Shown piece by piece: positions 1-8,723 of a stretch of 64,000 nt of DNA (the first letter of the stretch is position 1; each line of letters opens with the position of its first letter). Below the pieces are notes generated by a model, which made no database searches, was not told the DNA's origin, and was given only the letters and a program-made list of their open reading frames with translations. Both the position numbers and the translations under genes were made by a program. The stretch comes from an uncultured Alphaproteobacteria bacterium (GTDB lineage Bacteria; Pseudomonadota; Alphaproteobacteria; HIMB59; GCA-002718135), in assembly GCA_902618385.1 (NCBI GenBank), contig CACNAF010000002.1:30988-94987 (forward strand). The letters are read 5' to 3'.

Positions 1-427
1 ACTTATTGGACCCAATGCTGAAGAATATGGCCCTCGCTTTCATGACATGAGTGATGGGTATCATAAGTTTTATAGAGATCAGTTAATTAAAGTCGCTAAA
101 AAAATAGATCAAAAAATTTATGAAGGTATTTATTGTATGTACTCAGGACCAAATTTTGAAACACCTGCTGAAATCAATGCCTTAAAAGTAATAGGTGGAA
201 ATGCTGTTGGAATGTCTACGGTACCAGAGGTTTTAGTTGCTAATCATTGCGGACTTCCAATTATTGGTATCAGCGTAATCACCAACTTAGCTGCTGGTAT
301 GAATAAAACAAAATTAAGTCATCAGGAAACTTTAGAGAATGCAAGTTTAGCAGAGAACAATGTCTTAAATTTAATTAAACAATTTATACAAGAAGTTCAA
401 TTCGATGATACCTCAAGAGATAATTAG
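1..427 (+). CDS. purine nucleoside phosphorylase (PNP/MTAP family), 5' end cut by window edge
   Basis: The frame is open from nt 2 (LIGPNAEEYGPRFHDMSDGY). It continues through GMSTVPEVLVANHCGLPIIGISVITNLAAG, typical of trimeric PNPs. The stop overlaps the next gene by 23 nt. Confidence 0.85.
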   Translation, partial: LIGPNAEEYGPRFHDMSDGYHKFYRDQLIKVAKKIDQKIYEGIYCMYSGPNFETPAEINALKVIGGNAVGMSTVPEVLVANHCGLPIIGISVITNLAAGMNKTKLSHQETLENASLAENNVLNLIKQFIQEVQFDDTSRDN

Positions 428-1715
428 AAAAAAAAGAGACAACAAAGATTTGTCAAAAGAAGATATCAACTTTTTTGTTGACGGTTTAACAAATGGATCT
501 TTTTCAGATGCACAAATTGCAGCAATGAGCATGGCAATATTTGCAAATGGAATGACGCCTGAGGAAACTGTTCGTTTAACTGAGGCGATGACGAACTCAG
601 GCGATACACTGAATTGGTCTGAGATTGTAGATTCTGAGTTGGTTTGTGATAAGCACTCAACTGGTGGTGTTGGAGACAAGACGAGTGTTATATTAGCACC
701 AATACTTGCAGCTTGTGGACTGTATGTACCAATGATTTCAGGTAGAGGTTTGGGGCATACGGGCGGTACTCTAGATAAATTTGATTCCATACCTGGGTAC
801 AATACAAAACCTGATTTAGAGACTTTTAAAAAAGTTGTAAAAGACGTTGGTTGTGCAATTATCGGTCAAACATCTAACTTAGCACCAGCTGATAAAAAAT
901 TATATTCTATAAGGGATATTGTAGGTACAGTTGAATCTTTACCCTTAATAACATCATCTATTCTTTCAAAAAAAATTGCAAGCGGTCTTTCATCTTTAGT
1001 ACTTGATGTAAAAGTTGGTAATGGATCTTTTAATAGTACTATTGATATAGCAAGAGATTTATCAAACTCCTTAGTAAGAGTTGCTAAAGGAGCTGGTTTA
1101 CATTGTGAAGCTATATTAACAGATATGAATCAGGTCTTAGGTAAAAGTGCCGGTCATACGCTAGAGATATTAGAATGCATAAAATATATTAAAAATGATT
1201 TTAAAGATCACCGATTAGAGAAGATCACTAATGAATTAATATCTTCGTTATTAGTAAACATTTATAAAATTTCAAAAGAAGAGGCTTATAATAAAATTAA
1301 TACGGTTATTAATAATGGACTAGCTGCAGAAAAATTTGAAATGATGGTTGCTGCCTTGGGTGGACCAAAAAATATTTTAACATCTTATGAAAAAGATTTA
1401 ATAAATACTTCAGTTCGAAAAGATTTATTTTCTGCTGAAGAAGGATGGGTAGAAAAAATTTATACCAGAGAATTAGGCCTTATACTTATTGAACTTGGAG
1501 GTGGAAGAAAACAGGTTACCGATAAAATAGATTATGGAGTTGGATATGATAATGTGCTCAATATTGGTGATGAAGTGAATTCTTCAACTCCTTTATTAAG
1601 TTTATACTCAAATAAAAATATAGATGAAAATTTAATAAATAAAATACAAAGTTGTTTCATCATTTCAGACAAAAAAACTCACAAACTATCCGAAATATTT
1701 GAAACCATAAACTAA
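405..1715 (+). CDS. deoA: thymidine/pyrimidine-nucleoside phosphorylase
   Basis: N-terminus MIPQEIIRKKRD. Motifs HSTGGVGDKTS and SGRGLGHTGGTLDK. 436 aa. Confidence 0.92.
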   Translation: MIPQEIIRKKRDNKDLSKEDINFFVDGLTNGSFSDAQIAAMSMAIFANGMTPEETVRLTEAMTNSGDTLNWSEIVDSELVCDKHSTGGVGDKTSVILAPILAACGLYVPMISGRGLGHTGGTLDKFDSIPGYNTKPDLETFKKVVKDVGCAIIGQTSNLAPADKKLYSIRDIVGTVESLPLITSSILSKKIASGLSSLVLDVKVGNGSFNSTIDIARDLSNSLVRVAKGAGLHCEAILTDMNQVLGKSAGHTLEILECIKYIKNDFKDHRLEKITNELISSLLVNIYKISKEEAYNKINTVINNGLAAEKFEMMVAALGGPKNILTSYEKDLINTSVRKDLFSAEEGWVEKIYTRELGLILIELGGGRKQVTDKIDYGVGYDNVLNIGDEVNSSTPLLSLYSNKNIDENLINKIQSCFIISDKKTHKLSEIFETIN

Positions 1716-2371
1716 TGAGTACCCAAACTGAAATTAATGAAGCACTTGTTCAATATTTACAAACCGTAGGTTACAGAGAAGATAAAATAATTAGTGAACT
1801 AGAAAATGAAACTTTAAAACTCGGCAGTGTTTCACAAATGCAGATTGCAAAAGAACAAGGTCAGTTTTTAGAAATGATAACTAAAATTTCTAATGCAAAA
1901 AACTGTTTAGAAATTGGCAGGTTTACAGGGATGAGCACTTTGTTTTTGGCTAGAGGTATACCTGAATCAGGGAAAATCGTAACTGTTGATAATTCAGATG
2001 AATTTTTATCCTTAGCAAAAAAATATTGGGAATTAGATAATATGAGCTCCAAAATTGAATCGATTATTGGAGATGGTGTTGAGGTAATGCAAAGCATGAT
2101 AGACCGTCAACAGAGTTATGATTTAATTTTTATAGATGCTGATAAAAATAATTACCCAAATTATTACGAACTGTCGCTAAACCTATTAGTTTCTAATGGA
2201 ATAATAATCATTGATAATATGCTTTGGCACGGTGATGTGGCAGATGAAACTAAACAAGACTCTCAAACAAAAACTATACGTGATTTAAATTTAAAAATAC
2301 AAAATGACACAAGGGTGGAATTCTCTCTTCTGCCATTATCTGATGGATTATCGTTTATAAGAAAGAAATAA
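1715..2371 (+). CDS. class I SAM-dependent O-methyltransferase (caffeoyl-CoA OMT-like)
   Basis: LEIGRFTGMSTL SAM motif and FIDADKNNY. 218 aa. The ATG overlaps the deoA stop (TAATG). Confidence 0.8.
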   Translation: MSTQTEINEALVQYLQTVGYREDKIISELENETLKLGSVSQMQIAKEQGQFLEMITKISNAKNCLEIGRFTGMSTLFLARGIPESGKIVTVDNSDEFLSLAKKYWELDNMSSKIESIIGDGVEVMQSMIDRQQSYDLIFIDADKNNYPNYYELSLNLLVSNGIIIIDNMLWHGDVADETKQDSQTKTIRDLNLKIQNDTRVEFSLLPLSDGLSFIRKK

Positions 2372-2377
2372 CAAAGA

Positions 2378-2405
2378 CTTGAATTAAACACATTCATCCC
2401 CACAT
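2378..2405 (+). promoter_or_regulatory. sigma-32 (RpoH)-type heat-shock promoter
   Basis: CTTGAA (2378-2383), a 14-nt spacer, then CCCCACAT (2398-2405). Consensus is CTTGAA-N13-14-CCCCATNT. It lies 64 nt upstream of the Hsp20 ATG. Confidence 0.65.
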
Positions 2406-2444
2406 AATAATTGTCTGTATGCCATTGTGGGTGCGGGCAAAATA

Positions 2445-2471
2445 AACTTGCTTAATAAAGGAGTTATTATG
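2445..2471 (+). promoter_or_regulatory. ROSE-like RNA thermometer hairpin masking the Shine-Dalgarno sequence
   Basis: AACUUGCU-UAAUAA-AGGAGUU. The UUGCU anti-SD pairs with AGGAG, leaving a single unpaired G. The ATG lies 3 nt after the stem. Confidence 0.5.
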
Positions 2472-2906
2472 ACTAGAAACCTATCCGTTTGGAATTCTCT
2501 AAGACCATTCTCTGTTGGATTTGACTCAATTTTTGATGAATTTGATAGAATGTTGGAGTCTACGGAACGATACAATACAAATTATCCACCTTATAATATT
2601 CATAGAGTTGATGAGCATAACTATAAAATTGAAGTTGCTCTCGCTGGATATAGTAAAGAAGATATTGAGATTGAATTAAAAGAAAACAACCTAACTGTTA
2701 GAAATAAACCTAAAGAAAAAGTGGTTAATGAAAATGGTAATGGTGTAATCCATAAAGGAATCTCAACAAGACAGTTTGAAAGATCGTTCACAATTTCAGA
2801 AGACATCAAAGTTAAAGATGCTGAACTGAAGAATGGACTTTTAGCAATTGATTTGGAGAGAATTATTCCAGAAGAAAAAAAAGCTAGACTAATTTCAATA
2901 AAGTAG
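2469..2906 (+). CDS. ibpA: small heat-shock protein, Hsp20/IbpA family
   Basis: Alpha-crystallin domain (YNIHRVDEHNYKIEVALAGYSKEDIEIELKENNLTV...GISTRQFERSF). I chose the start at 2469 because AAGGAG lies 6-11 nt upstream. The track start at 2427 has no RBS. Confidence 0.9.
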   Translation: MTRNLSVWNSLRPFSVGFDSIFDEFDRMLESTERYNTNYPPYNIHRVDEHNYKIEVALAGYSKEDIEIELKENNLTVRNKPKEKVVNENGNGVIHKGISTRQFERSFTISEDIKVKDAELKNGLLAIDLERIIPEEKKARLISIK

Positions 2907-2915
2907 TTTTGGATA

Positions 2916-2942
2916 GGGGCCCAAAGTGGCCCCAACATTTTT
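2916..2942 (+). terminator. rho-independent terminator after ibpA
   Basis: GGGGCC-caaagt-GGCCCC followed by aacaTTTTT. Confidence 0.75.
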
Positions 2943-3063
2943 AACTTTAAATTTAGAATAAATCTAATTTTATGAATTTTAACAACACTTATATTAAAAA
3001 AAAATTCATATAGATCTACATTCGTATTCTGATAATTTTTAATAAGATTCTTAATCATAGAAC

Positions 3064-3086
3064 GTGGAGATATTTATTATCTCCAC
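3064..3086 (+). promoter_or_regulatory. 9-bp perfect inverted repeat just upstream of the iron SBP RBS (operator or leader hairpin)
   Basis: GTGGAGATA-tttat-TATCTCCAC, then an A8 run, GAAGG and the ATG at 3104. Confidence 0.35.
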
Positions 3087-3103
3087 AAAAAAAAGAAGGT
3101 TAT

Positions 3104-4117
3104 ATGAAAATTATTTTTAGATTACTATTGATACTAATTGCATCTACCATTTCACTAAACTTATTTGCCAAAGAGGTTAATGTTTATTCTTACAGGCAGC
3201 CAATTTTAATAGATCCTTTCTTTGAGGAATTTACAAAATTGACTGGCATAAAGGTAAATGTTTTACATGCAAAAAAAGGATTGCTAGAAAGAGTTTTAGC
3301 TGAAGGTGAAGATACACCTGCTGACTTAGTATTAACAGTTGATATAGCAAGGTTAAACCAATTTGTTGAAAAGGATATTTTGCAATCAATTAACTCAGAT
3401 ATTTTGAATATGAATATTCCAAATCATTTAAGAGACAGTAATAATAAATGGTTTGCACTTTCAAAGAGAGCTAGAATTGTTGCAATATCAAAAGAAAGAG
3501 TATCTCCAGACTCAATTAAAAGAATAGAAGATTTATCTGATCCAAAATGGAAAGATAAAATTTGTACAAGACCTGGCAGCCATGACTACAATAGATCACT
3601 TTTAGCTTCAATAATTGCTGCAAATGGAGAAGCTATAGCTGAAGAATGGGCAGCAGGCATCGTTGCAAATTTAGCACGAAAACCTGAAGGTAATGATAGA
3701 GCTCAAGCAAAAGCAATTTATGAAGGTGTTTGTGACATTGCTGTAATGAATACCTATTATTTTGGAAAAATGAAATTTAATGAAAAGAATCCAGAACAAA
3801 AAGAATGGGCTAACTCAATAGAGTTAGTTTTTACTAATCAAGAAGACAGAGGTAATCACATAAATGTTGCTGGTGGAGGTGTAATTAAGTATTCTAAAAA
3901 TAAAGACAACGCGATCGCACTACTTGAATTTTTGACTCAACCAAAAGCTCAAGTCCTCTACAGTTCTATAAACTATGAATATCCGGTTAATCCAGATATG
4001 CAATTAACTGATGAGTTAAAATCATGGGGTGAATTTAAAGAAGATAAACTGCCTGTTGAAAAACTAGCAGAACTTGCTCCCATAGCTCAGAAAATCATTG
4101 ATAGAGTAGGCTGGTAA
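3104..4117 (+). CDS. Fe(3+) ABC transporter substrate-binding protein (FbpA/SfuA/AfuA-like)
   Basis: Signal peptide. Colinear with FbpA as I recall it (TGIKVNV...EGEDTPADL, WFALSKRARIV, DPKWKDKI). The NTYYF motif matches the Tyr-Tyr iron ligands. Confidence 0.85.
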   Translation: MKIIFRLLLILIASTISLNLFAKEVNVYSYRQPILIDPFFEEFTKLTGIKVNVLHAKKGLLERVLAEGEDTPADLVLTVDIARLNQFVEKDILQSINSDILNMNIPNHLRDSNNKWFALSKRARIVAISKERVSPDSIKRIEDLSDPKWKDKICTRPGSHDYNRSLLASIIAANGEAIAEEWAAGIVANLARKPEGNDRAQAKAIYEGVCDIAVMNTYYFGKMKFNEKNPEQKEWANSIELVFTNQEDRGNHINVAGGGVIKYSKNKDNAIALLEFLTQPKAQVLYSSINYEYPVNPDMQLTDELKSWGEFKEDKLPVEKLAELAPIAQKIIDRVGW

Positions 4118-4134
4118 ATTATAGGTTAACTGTT

Positions 4135-5730
4135 TTGATAAATTTTAATTTATGGTCTAATTCTGTGGCGATAATTGCTTTAGTAATTATCGCCCCTATT
4201 TTTTCAATATTTTATTACGCGATCTTAGGTGATACATCACTATGGCCACATCTATTTTCTACTGTATTGCCCAGATATCTTACCAATACAATAATTCTAA
4301 TGTTTGGTGTTGGAGGATTAAGTTTAGTCTTTGGTTTGACTACTGCTTGGATAGTGACAAGATATAATTTTTTTGGGAAAAAATTTTTTGAATGGATGTT
4401 ATTATTACCAGCTGCTGTCCCAGCTTATATTATTGCCTATACTTATACCGACTTTTTTGAATATGCTGGTCCTCTTCAATCATTGCTAAGAGACATATTT
4501 GGTTGGACGAGCTCAAAAGATTATTGGTTTCCAAATGTTCGATCAATGGGAGGTGCAATTTTGGTAATGTCTTCTGTATTGTATCCATACGTATATTTAA
4601 TGACTAGAGCATCATTTATAACGACACCTATATCTTTTTTTCAAACTAGTTCTATTTACGGAAGGAATTCCTTCTTCAATGTCGCTATTCCATTTGGTCG
4701 TCCAGGTATAATTGCTGGCTTGGCCTTAGTACTAATGGAAACAATTTCTGATTTTGGGACAGTTGATTATTTTGCAATTGAAACATTAACCTTAGGCGTA
4801 TTTAATGTTTGGCTAGGGATGAATAGTCTATCTGGCGCATCACAGATTTCTAGTATTTTATTTATGATTGTTATAGTACTTTTAACTTTAGAGTATTTGG
4901 GTAGGCGTAGCAGAAAATTTCATGAAAAATATAGTGGTGCATCTTACACACCAACCCAAACAGTTTCTGGTGTTAAAAATTCTTTATTGTTTTTAATTTG
5001 CCTAATACCTTTAAGTCTTGGCTTTATAATACCTGTTTCAATTTTATTGAATTTTGTAATTAAAGGTTATTCCATAATAAATTTTATTGAAATTTTTCAA
5101 ATAACACTTTCAAGCATATCCTTAGCATTTATTTCTTCATCATTCATTATGTTGCTCTCCTTATTAATGATTATAGTTGGAGCATATAAATCAAATAATT
5201 TCCAAAAAATTTTAATATTTTTTGCTTCTTCTGGTTATGCTTTTCCAGGAACAATACTTGCTGTTGGAATAGTGGTATTTGTTGGGTGGCTTAATGATTT
5301 AATTTATTTTCGTATGAGTTATGCTGTTGGTGGATTTATAATTTTATTATTTGCGTATAGTATAAGATTTTTAGCTGTCGGTAATGGAGCCATTACATCA
5401 GGTATTTCAAGAATTCATCCAAACTTATTAGATGCATCAAGAACAATGGGTGTTAGTTTTTTCAAAAGTATAAGAAAAATTATATTACCCTTGCTGTATA
5501 CAAATTTATTAGTTGGAGGAATATTAGTTTTTGTAGATATCTTAAAAGAACTTCCAATAACACTTTTATTAAGACCATTTAATTTTGAGACATTAGCAAC
5601 CTATGTTTATCAATATGCCTCTGATGAAATGTTGGAAGAGTCAGCATTTGCAGCTCTAATTATCGTTATTGCTGGATTAGGACCGGTAATTTTTCTTAAC
5701 AGAACAATTACTAAATCAATAAAAAACTAA
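4135..5730 (+). CDS. iron ABC transporter permease, fused double-domain (FbpB-like)
   Basis: 531 aa with about 12 TM segments and two MetI-like halves. TTG start at 4135. Confidence 0.85.
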   Translation: MINFNLWSNSVAIIALVIIAPIFSIFYYAILGDTSLWPHLFSTVLPRYLTNTIILMFGVGGLSLVFGLTTAWIVTRYNFFGKKFFEWMLLLPAAVPAYIIAYTYTDFFEYAGPLQSLLRDIFGWTSSKDYWFPNVRSMGGAILVMSSVLYPYVYLMTRASFITTPISFFQTSSIYGRNSFFNVAIPFGRPGIIAGLALVLMETISDFGTVDYFAIETLTLGVFNVWLGMNSLSGASQISSILFMIVIVLLTLEYLGRRSRKFHEKYSGASYTPTQTVSGVKNSLLFLICLIPLSLGFIIPVSILLNFVIKGYSIINFIEIFQITLSSISLAFISSSFIMLLSLLMIIVGAYKSNNFQKILIFFASSGYAFPGTILAVGIVVFVGWLNDLIYFRMSYAVGGFIILLFAYSIRFLAVGNGAITSGISRIHPNLLDASRTMGVSFFKSIRKIILPLLYTNLLVGGILVFVDILKELPITLLLRPFNFETLATYVYQYASDEMLEESAFAALIIVIAGLGPVIFLNRTITKSIKN

Positions 5731-5733
5731 AAC

Positions 5734-6780
5734 TTAATTCTTAAATATGTACGCCTGATCATTATCAATTTCTATCTCTACTGCAGACGATTGTTTTGGA
5801 TTAAAGTCAGCAGGCATGTGGCTATGAACATGAACAATTTCATTATTATTATCTAGCACAGATAAATGGACAAAACTAAATGACCCCATTAATTTTGATG
5901 CCATAACGGTTCCCTTAATTCCATTAACTGGTGTTGGTTGTTTGTTGAGTTTTATACCTTGAGGTCTTATGTGTACTACAACTTTTTCACCTTCTAAATT
6001 TCCAGGTGTTTTAATTTTCCCAACCGGTGTGTATATGTGAGATTCTTTAACAACACCTTCAAATTTATTTGTTTCACCAAAAAAACCTGTAACATATGAA
6101 TTTTTTGGATTGTTATAGAGATCATTCGGAGTTCCTGACTGTACAATCGAACCTGATTTATCAAAAATATTTATATGATTTGAGATAAACATTGCTTCGA
6201 AAGGATCATGAGTGACTATAATTACAGACACATTTGATTTTTGTAATAGATGCAGCGTATCATCTCTCACCTCTTCTCGAAGGCTTAAATCTAAACTTGA
6301 AAAAGGTTCATCTAATAAAAGTAAATCAGGTTGTGAAATTATAGATCGTGCAAGTGCAACTCTTTGTTGTTCACCACCACTTAACTCGTGTGGGTATTTA
6401 TCTAGTGAATTAGGTAATTTTATTAATTCAATAATTTCATCAACATTATTAGATGAATTTTTAGCATTAGTTGGAAATCTCAAATTTTCTTTTACTGTCA
6501 AATGTGGGAATAACGCGTAATCTTGAAATAAAAAACCAATTTTTCTTTTTTCTGTAGGTAAGTGTTTTGCAGTACTACTTACTTCTTCACCATTAATAAT
6601 AATTTTACCTGACTGTACTTTTTCAAGACCTGCTATGAGCTTTAATAAAGTAGTTTTTCCACTACCTGACGGTCCCAAAATACAAGAGATACTATCTTTA
6701 TTGAGATTAAAATTAATATTATTTAAAATTTTTTTATTATTAATCGAATGAGTAAGATCTTTAACTTCAACAGCAATCAT
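5734..6780 (-). CDS. ABC transporter ATP-binding protein (FbpC/PotA-like, C-terminal TOBE-like domain)
   Basis: Walker A GPSGSGKTT, signature LSGGEQQRVALAR, Walker B LLLLDEPFSSLD. Convergent with the SBP-permease pair. Confidence 0.88.
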   Translation of the reverse strand: MIAVEVKDLTHSINNKKILNNINFNLNKDSISCILGPSGSGKTTLLKLIAGLEKVQSGKIIINGEEVSSTAKHLPTEKRKIGFLFQDYALFPHLTVKENLRFPTNAKNSSNNVDEIIELIKLPNSLDKYPHELSGGEQQRVALARSIISQPDLLLLDEPFSSLDLSLREEVRDDTLHLLQKSNVSVIIVTHDPFEAMFISNHINIFDKSGSIVQSGTPNDLYNNPKNSYVTGFFGETNKFEGVVKESHIYTPVGKIKTPGNLEGEKVVVHIRPQGIKLNKQPTPVNGIKGTVMASKLMGSFSFVHLSVLDNNNEIVHVHSHMPADFNPKQSSAVEIEIDNDQAYIFKN

Positions 6781-6801
6781 AAAATACCTATTACACTAAA
6801 A

Positions 6802-7713
6802 TTAAACTTGGGGAAATTTATCTAAAATTTCACTTTCCCATTCAAGAAACTTTTTTGATCTATTATCAGGACTTGGATGTGATCCCATAAATTCAGGCAC
6901 CCTCCCTTCTTGACCTGCCATCATTCTTTGCCATAATTTAGCAGGTTCTTTAATATTAAATCCAGCAAGATTCATAAATCCCATGCCTAAATAATCGGCT
7001 TCACTTTCCATCTTTCTACTAAATGGAAGAAAAATACCATACTTTACAACGGAGTTGTAAACATTACCTCCTACATTTCCTACTCTAAAAGATTTATTTA
7101 AAAGTTCAGCGTATTTACTTCGCGATATTCCAATTGTTGCCATTTGCATCATAGATGCTTGGGTTAATTTTTCAACAGTGTGTCTAGCAAATGCATGCGC
7201 AATTTCATGCCCCATCACTGCAGCAATCCCGTCATCATTTTTACAAACAGGAAGTATACCAGTGTAGAAAGCAATTTTTCCACCAGGCATACACCATGCA
7301 TTTTTTGTTTCAGACTCAATTAAAGCAAATTGCCAATTAAAATTTTCTACAGGATTTTTTTCACGCTTATTAAGATAAAATGTATCTAGAGAGGTATAAA
7401 TTTCTTTTCCAATTTCTTCAATTTTTTTAGATTCATCTGTGTTATCTAATAAAATTTTATCTTCTTTAGCTTTTGATAAAAATTTTGAATATGTTTTCTC
7501 AACTTCTTGATTTAAAGATCTTTCATTGGGATAAATTTTTGGAGTACCAAGAACACCACCTCCCATTAAAATTATAGGTAGATTGCTATCATATAAATTT
7601 AACTGACTTCGATTTGTTAATGGTACTTGTGTACAAGAAGGTAAAATCATCGAACCACATAAAGAGCAACTTGCGCCAAAAACAAAGCTTCTTCTGTTTA
7701 TTCTTGCTTCCAT
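6802..7713 (-). CDS. M48 family metallopeptidase, secreted or lipoprotein
   Basis: HEIAH zinc motif (GHEIAHAFARH) and downstream ESEADYLG. N-terminal RR-containing signal with LPSC. Confidence 0.85.
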   Translation of the reverse strand: MEARINRRSFVFGASCSLCGSMILPSCTQVPLTNRSQLNLYDSNLPIILMGGGVLGTPKIYPNERSLNQEVEKTYSKFLSKAKEDKILLDNTDESKKIEEIGKEIYTSLDTFYLNKREKNPVENFNWQFALIESETKNAWCMPGGKIAFYTGILPVCKNDDGIAAVMGHEIAHAFARHTVEKLTQASMMQMATIGISRSKYAELLNKSFRVGNVGGNVYNSVVKYGIFLPFSRKMESEADYLGMGFMNLAGFNIKEPAKLWQRMMAGQEGRVPEFMGSHPSPDNRSKKFLEWESEILDKFPQV

Positions 7714-7742
7714 ATTATTATTATATAGGTAATTTTATTTAT

Positions 7743-8723
7743 ATGAATATTTTTAATTCAGTTAAAAAAGCAGAAATTCATGTTCATTTAGAGGCAACCA
7801 TTACGCCAGATTTATGTAAGAAATTTGCCAAACGTAATAATTATGAAATACCTGAAGAAATGTTTGGCTCAAAGTACGCATACCAATGGGATGATTTTTA
7901 TGATTTTATAAAAAAATATGACATCGTTACTTCTGTCATACATACGCCAGAAGATTATTTTGAATTAACGTATGAATATTTAAAAGATTGTGCGGCTAAC
8001 AATGTTCTTTATGTCGAAGCAATGATTTCCTCAACTCATGCTAAAGAAAAAGGGATGACCTATCATTCTTTTATTGAAGGAGTCTATGAAGCTTCAAAAA
8101 AAGCTGAAGAAGATTTTGGTATTGTTTCACGTTACATAATGAATGGGATCAGACATTTAGGACCAGAGTCAGTACAAGGAACTGCAGAGGAAGTTTTAAA
8201 TAATCCTCATCCTTGTTTAGTTGGTTTTGGTTTAGCTGGGGATGAATTGCATTTTCCTCCAAACTTATTTGTTGCAACATTTGATATGTTAAAAAAAGAA
8301 AATTTTCCAATTACGGTTCATGCAGGTGAATGGGATGGTCCTGTAAACATAAGAAATGCTATTAACCTTCTGCATCCAACAAGATTAGGTCACGGAGTTC
8401 GATCAATAGAGGATCCTGATTTAGTAAAAGAAATAATTGAGAAAGATATTATTCTAGAAACTTGTCCAACAAGTAATATTGCAACTAAAATTTACAAAGA
8501 TTATGTAGATCATCCTGTGAAAACATTATTTGATCAAGGAGTAAAAGTAACAGTCAATTCGGATGACCCTCCTTTTTTTAATGCTACGATAAACGGTGAA
8601 TACAAAGTTATGGAAGATTTAGGTTTAAATGAAAAAGAACTAACCTCCCTTACTCATAACGCAATTAAATATTCTTTTTGTGATGAAAAAAATAAAAATA
8701 AATTATTAGCTAAATTAAACTAG
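7743..8723 (+). CDS. add: adenosine deaminase family protein
   Basis: KAEIHVHLEAT metal motif, TVHAGE, SVNSDDPPFF. Start moved to MNIFNS (7743). The track start at 7614 would overlap the divergent peptidase gene. Confidence 0.88.
   Translation: MNIFNSVKKAEIHVHLEATITPDLCKKFAKRNNYEIPEEMFGSKYAYQWDDFYDFIKKYDIVTSVIHTPEDYFELTYEYLKDCAANNVLYVEAMISSTHAKEKGMTYHSFIEGVYEASKKAEEDFGIVSRYIMNGIRHLGPESVQGTAEEVLNNPHPCLVGFGLAGDELHFPPNLFVATFDMLKKENFPITVHAGEWDGPVNIRNAINLLHPTRLGHGVRSIEDPDLVKEIIEKDIILETCPTSNIATKIYKDYVDHPVKTLFDQGVKVTVNSDDPPFFNATINGEYKVMEDLGLNEKELTSLTHNAIKYSFCDEKNKNKLLAKLN

Noticed and set aside
413-802. An antisense ORF inside deoA, and many similar 60-145-aa ORFs lying opposite or out of frame within strong genes. 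Examples: 466-660, 1861-2097, 2384-2575, 2621-3058, 6212-6520, 8906-9142, 9409-9672, 11075-11311, 12610-12822, 15762-15962, 17069-17320, 17097-17297, 23790-24026, 24681-24899, 25170-25352, 25735-25947, 28803-29085, 29405-29966, 30268-30510, 30935-31135, 32238-32504, 34918-35130, 36967-37245, 38320-38973, 41310-41504, 41860-42063, 43660-44010, 44879-45076, 46968-47222, 47760-48029, 50331-50537, 56679-56873, 58043-58273, 60954-61768, 63431-63697.
   Set aside because: Each is fully embedded in, or overlaps, a gene with clear family motifs on the other strand or frame. Their translations are low-complexity with no recognisable motifs. None has an RBS or independent context.
7614-7742. Long N-terminal extensions offered by the ORF track for add (7614), ibpA (2427) and the SET gene (40074).
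   Set aside because: The extensions overlap divergent genes or lack an RBS. The family-typical N-termini begin at the internal Met codons (7743, 2469, 40197).
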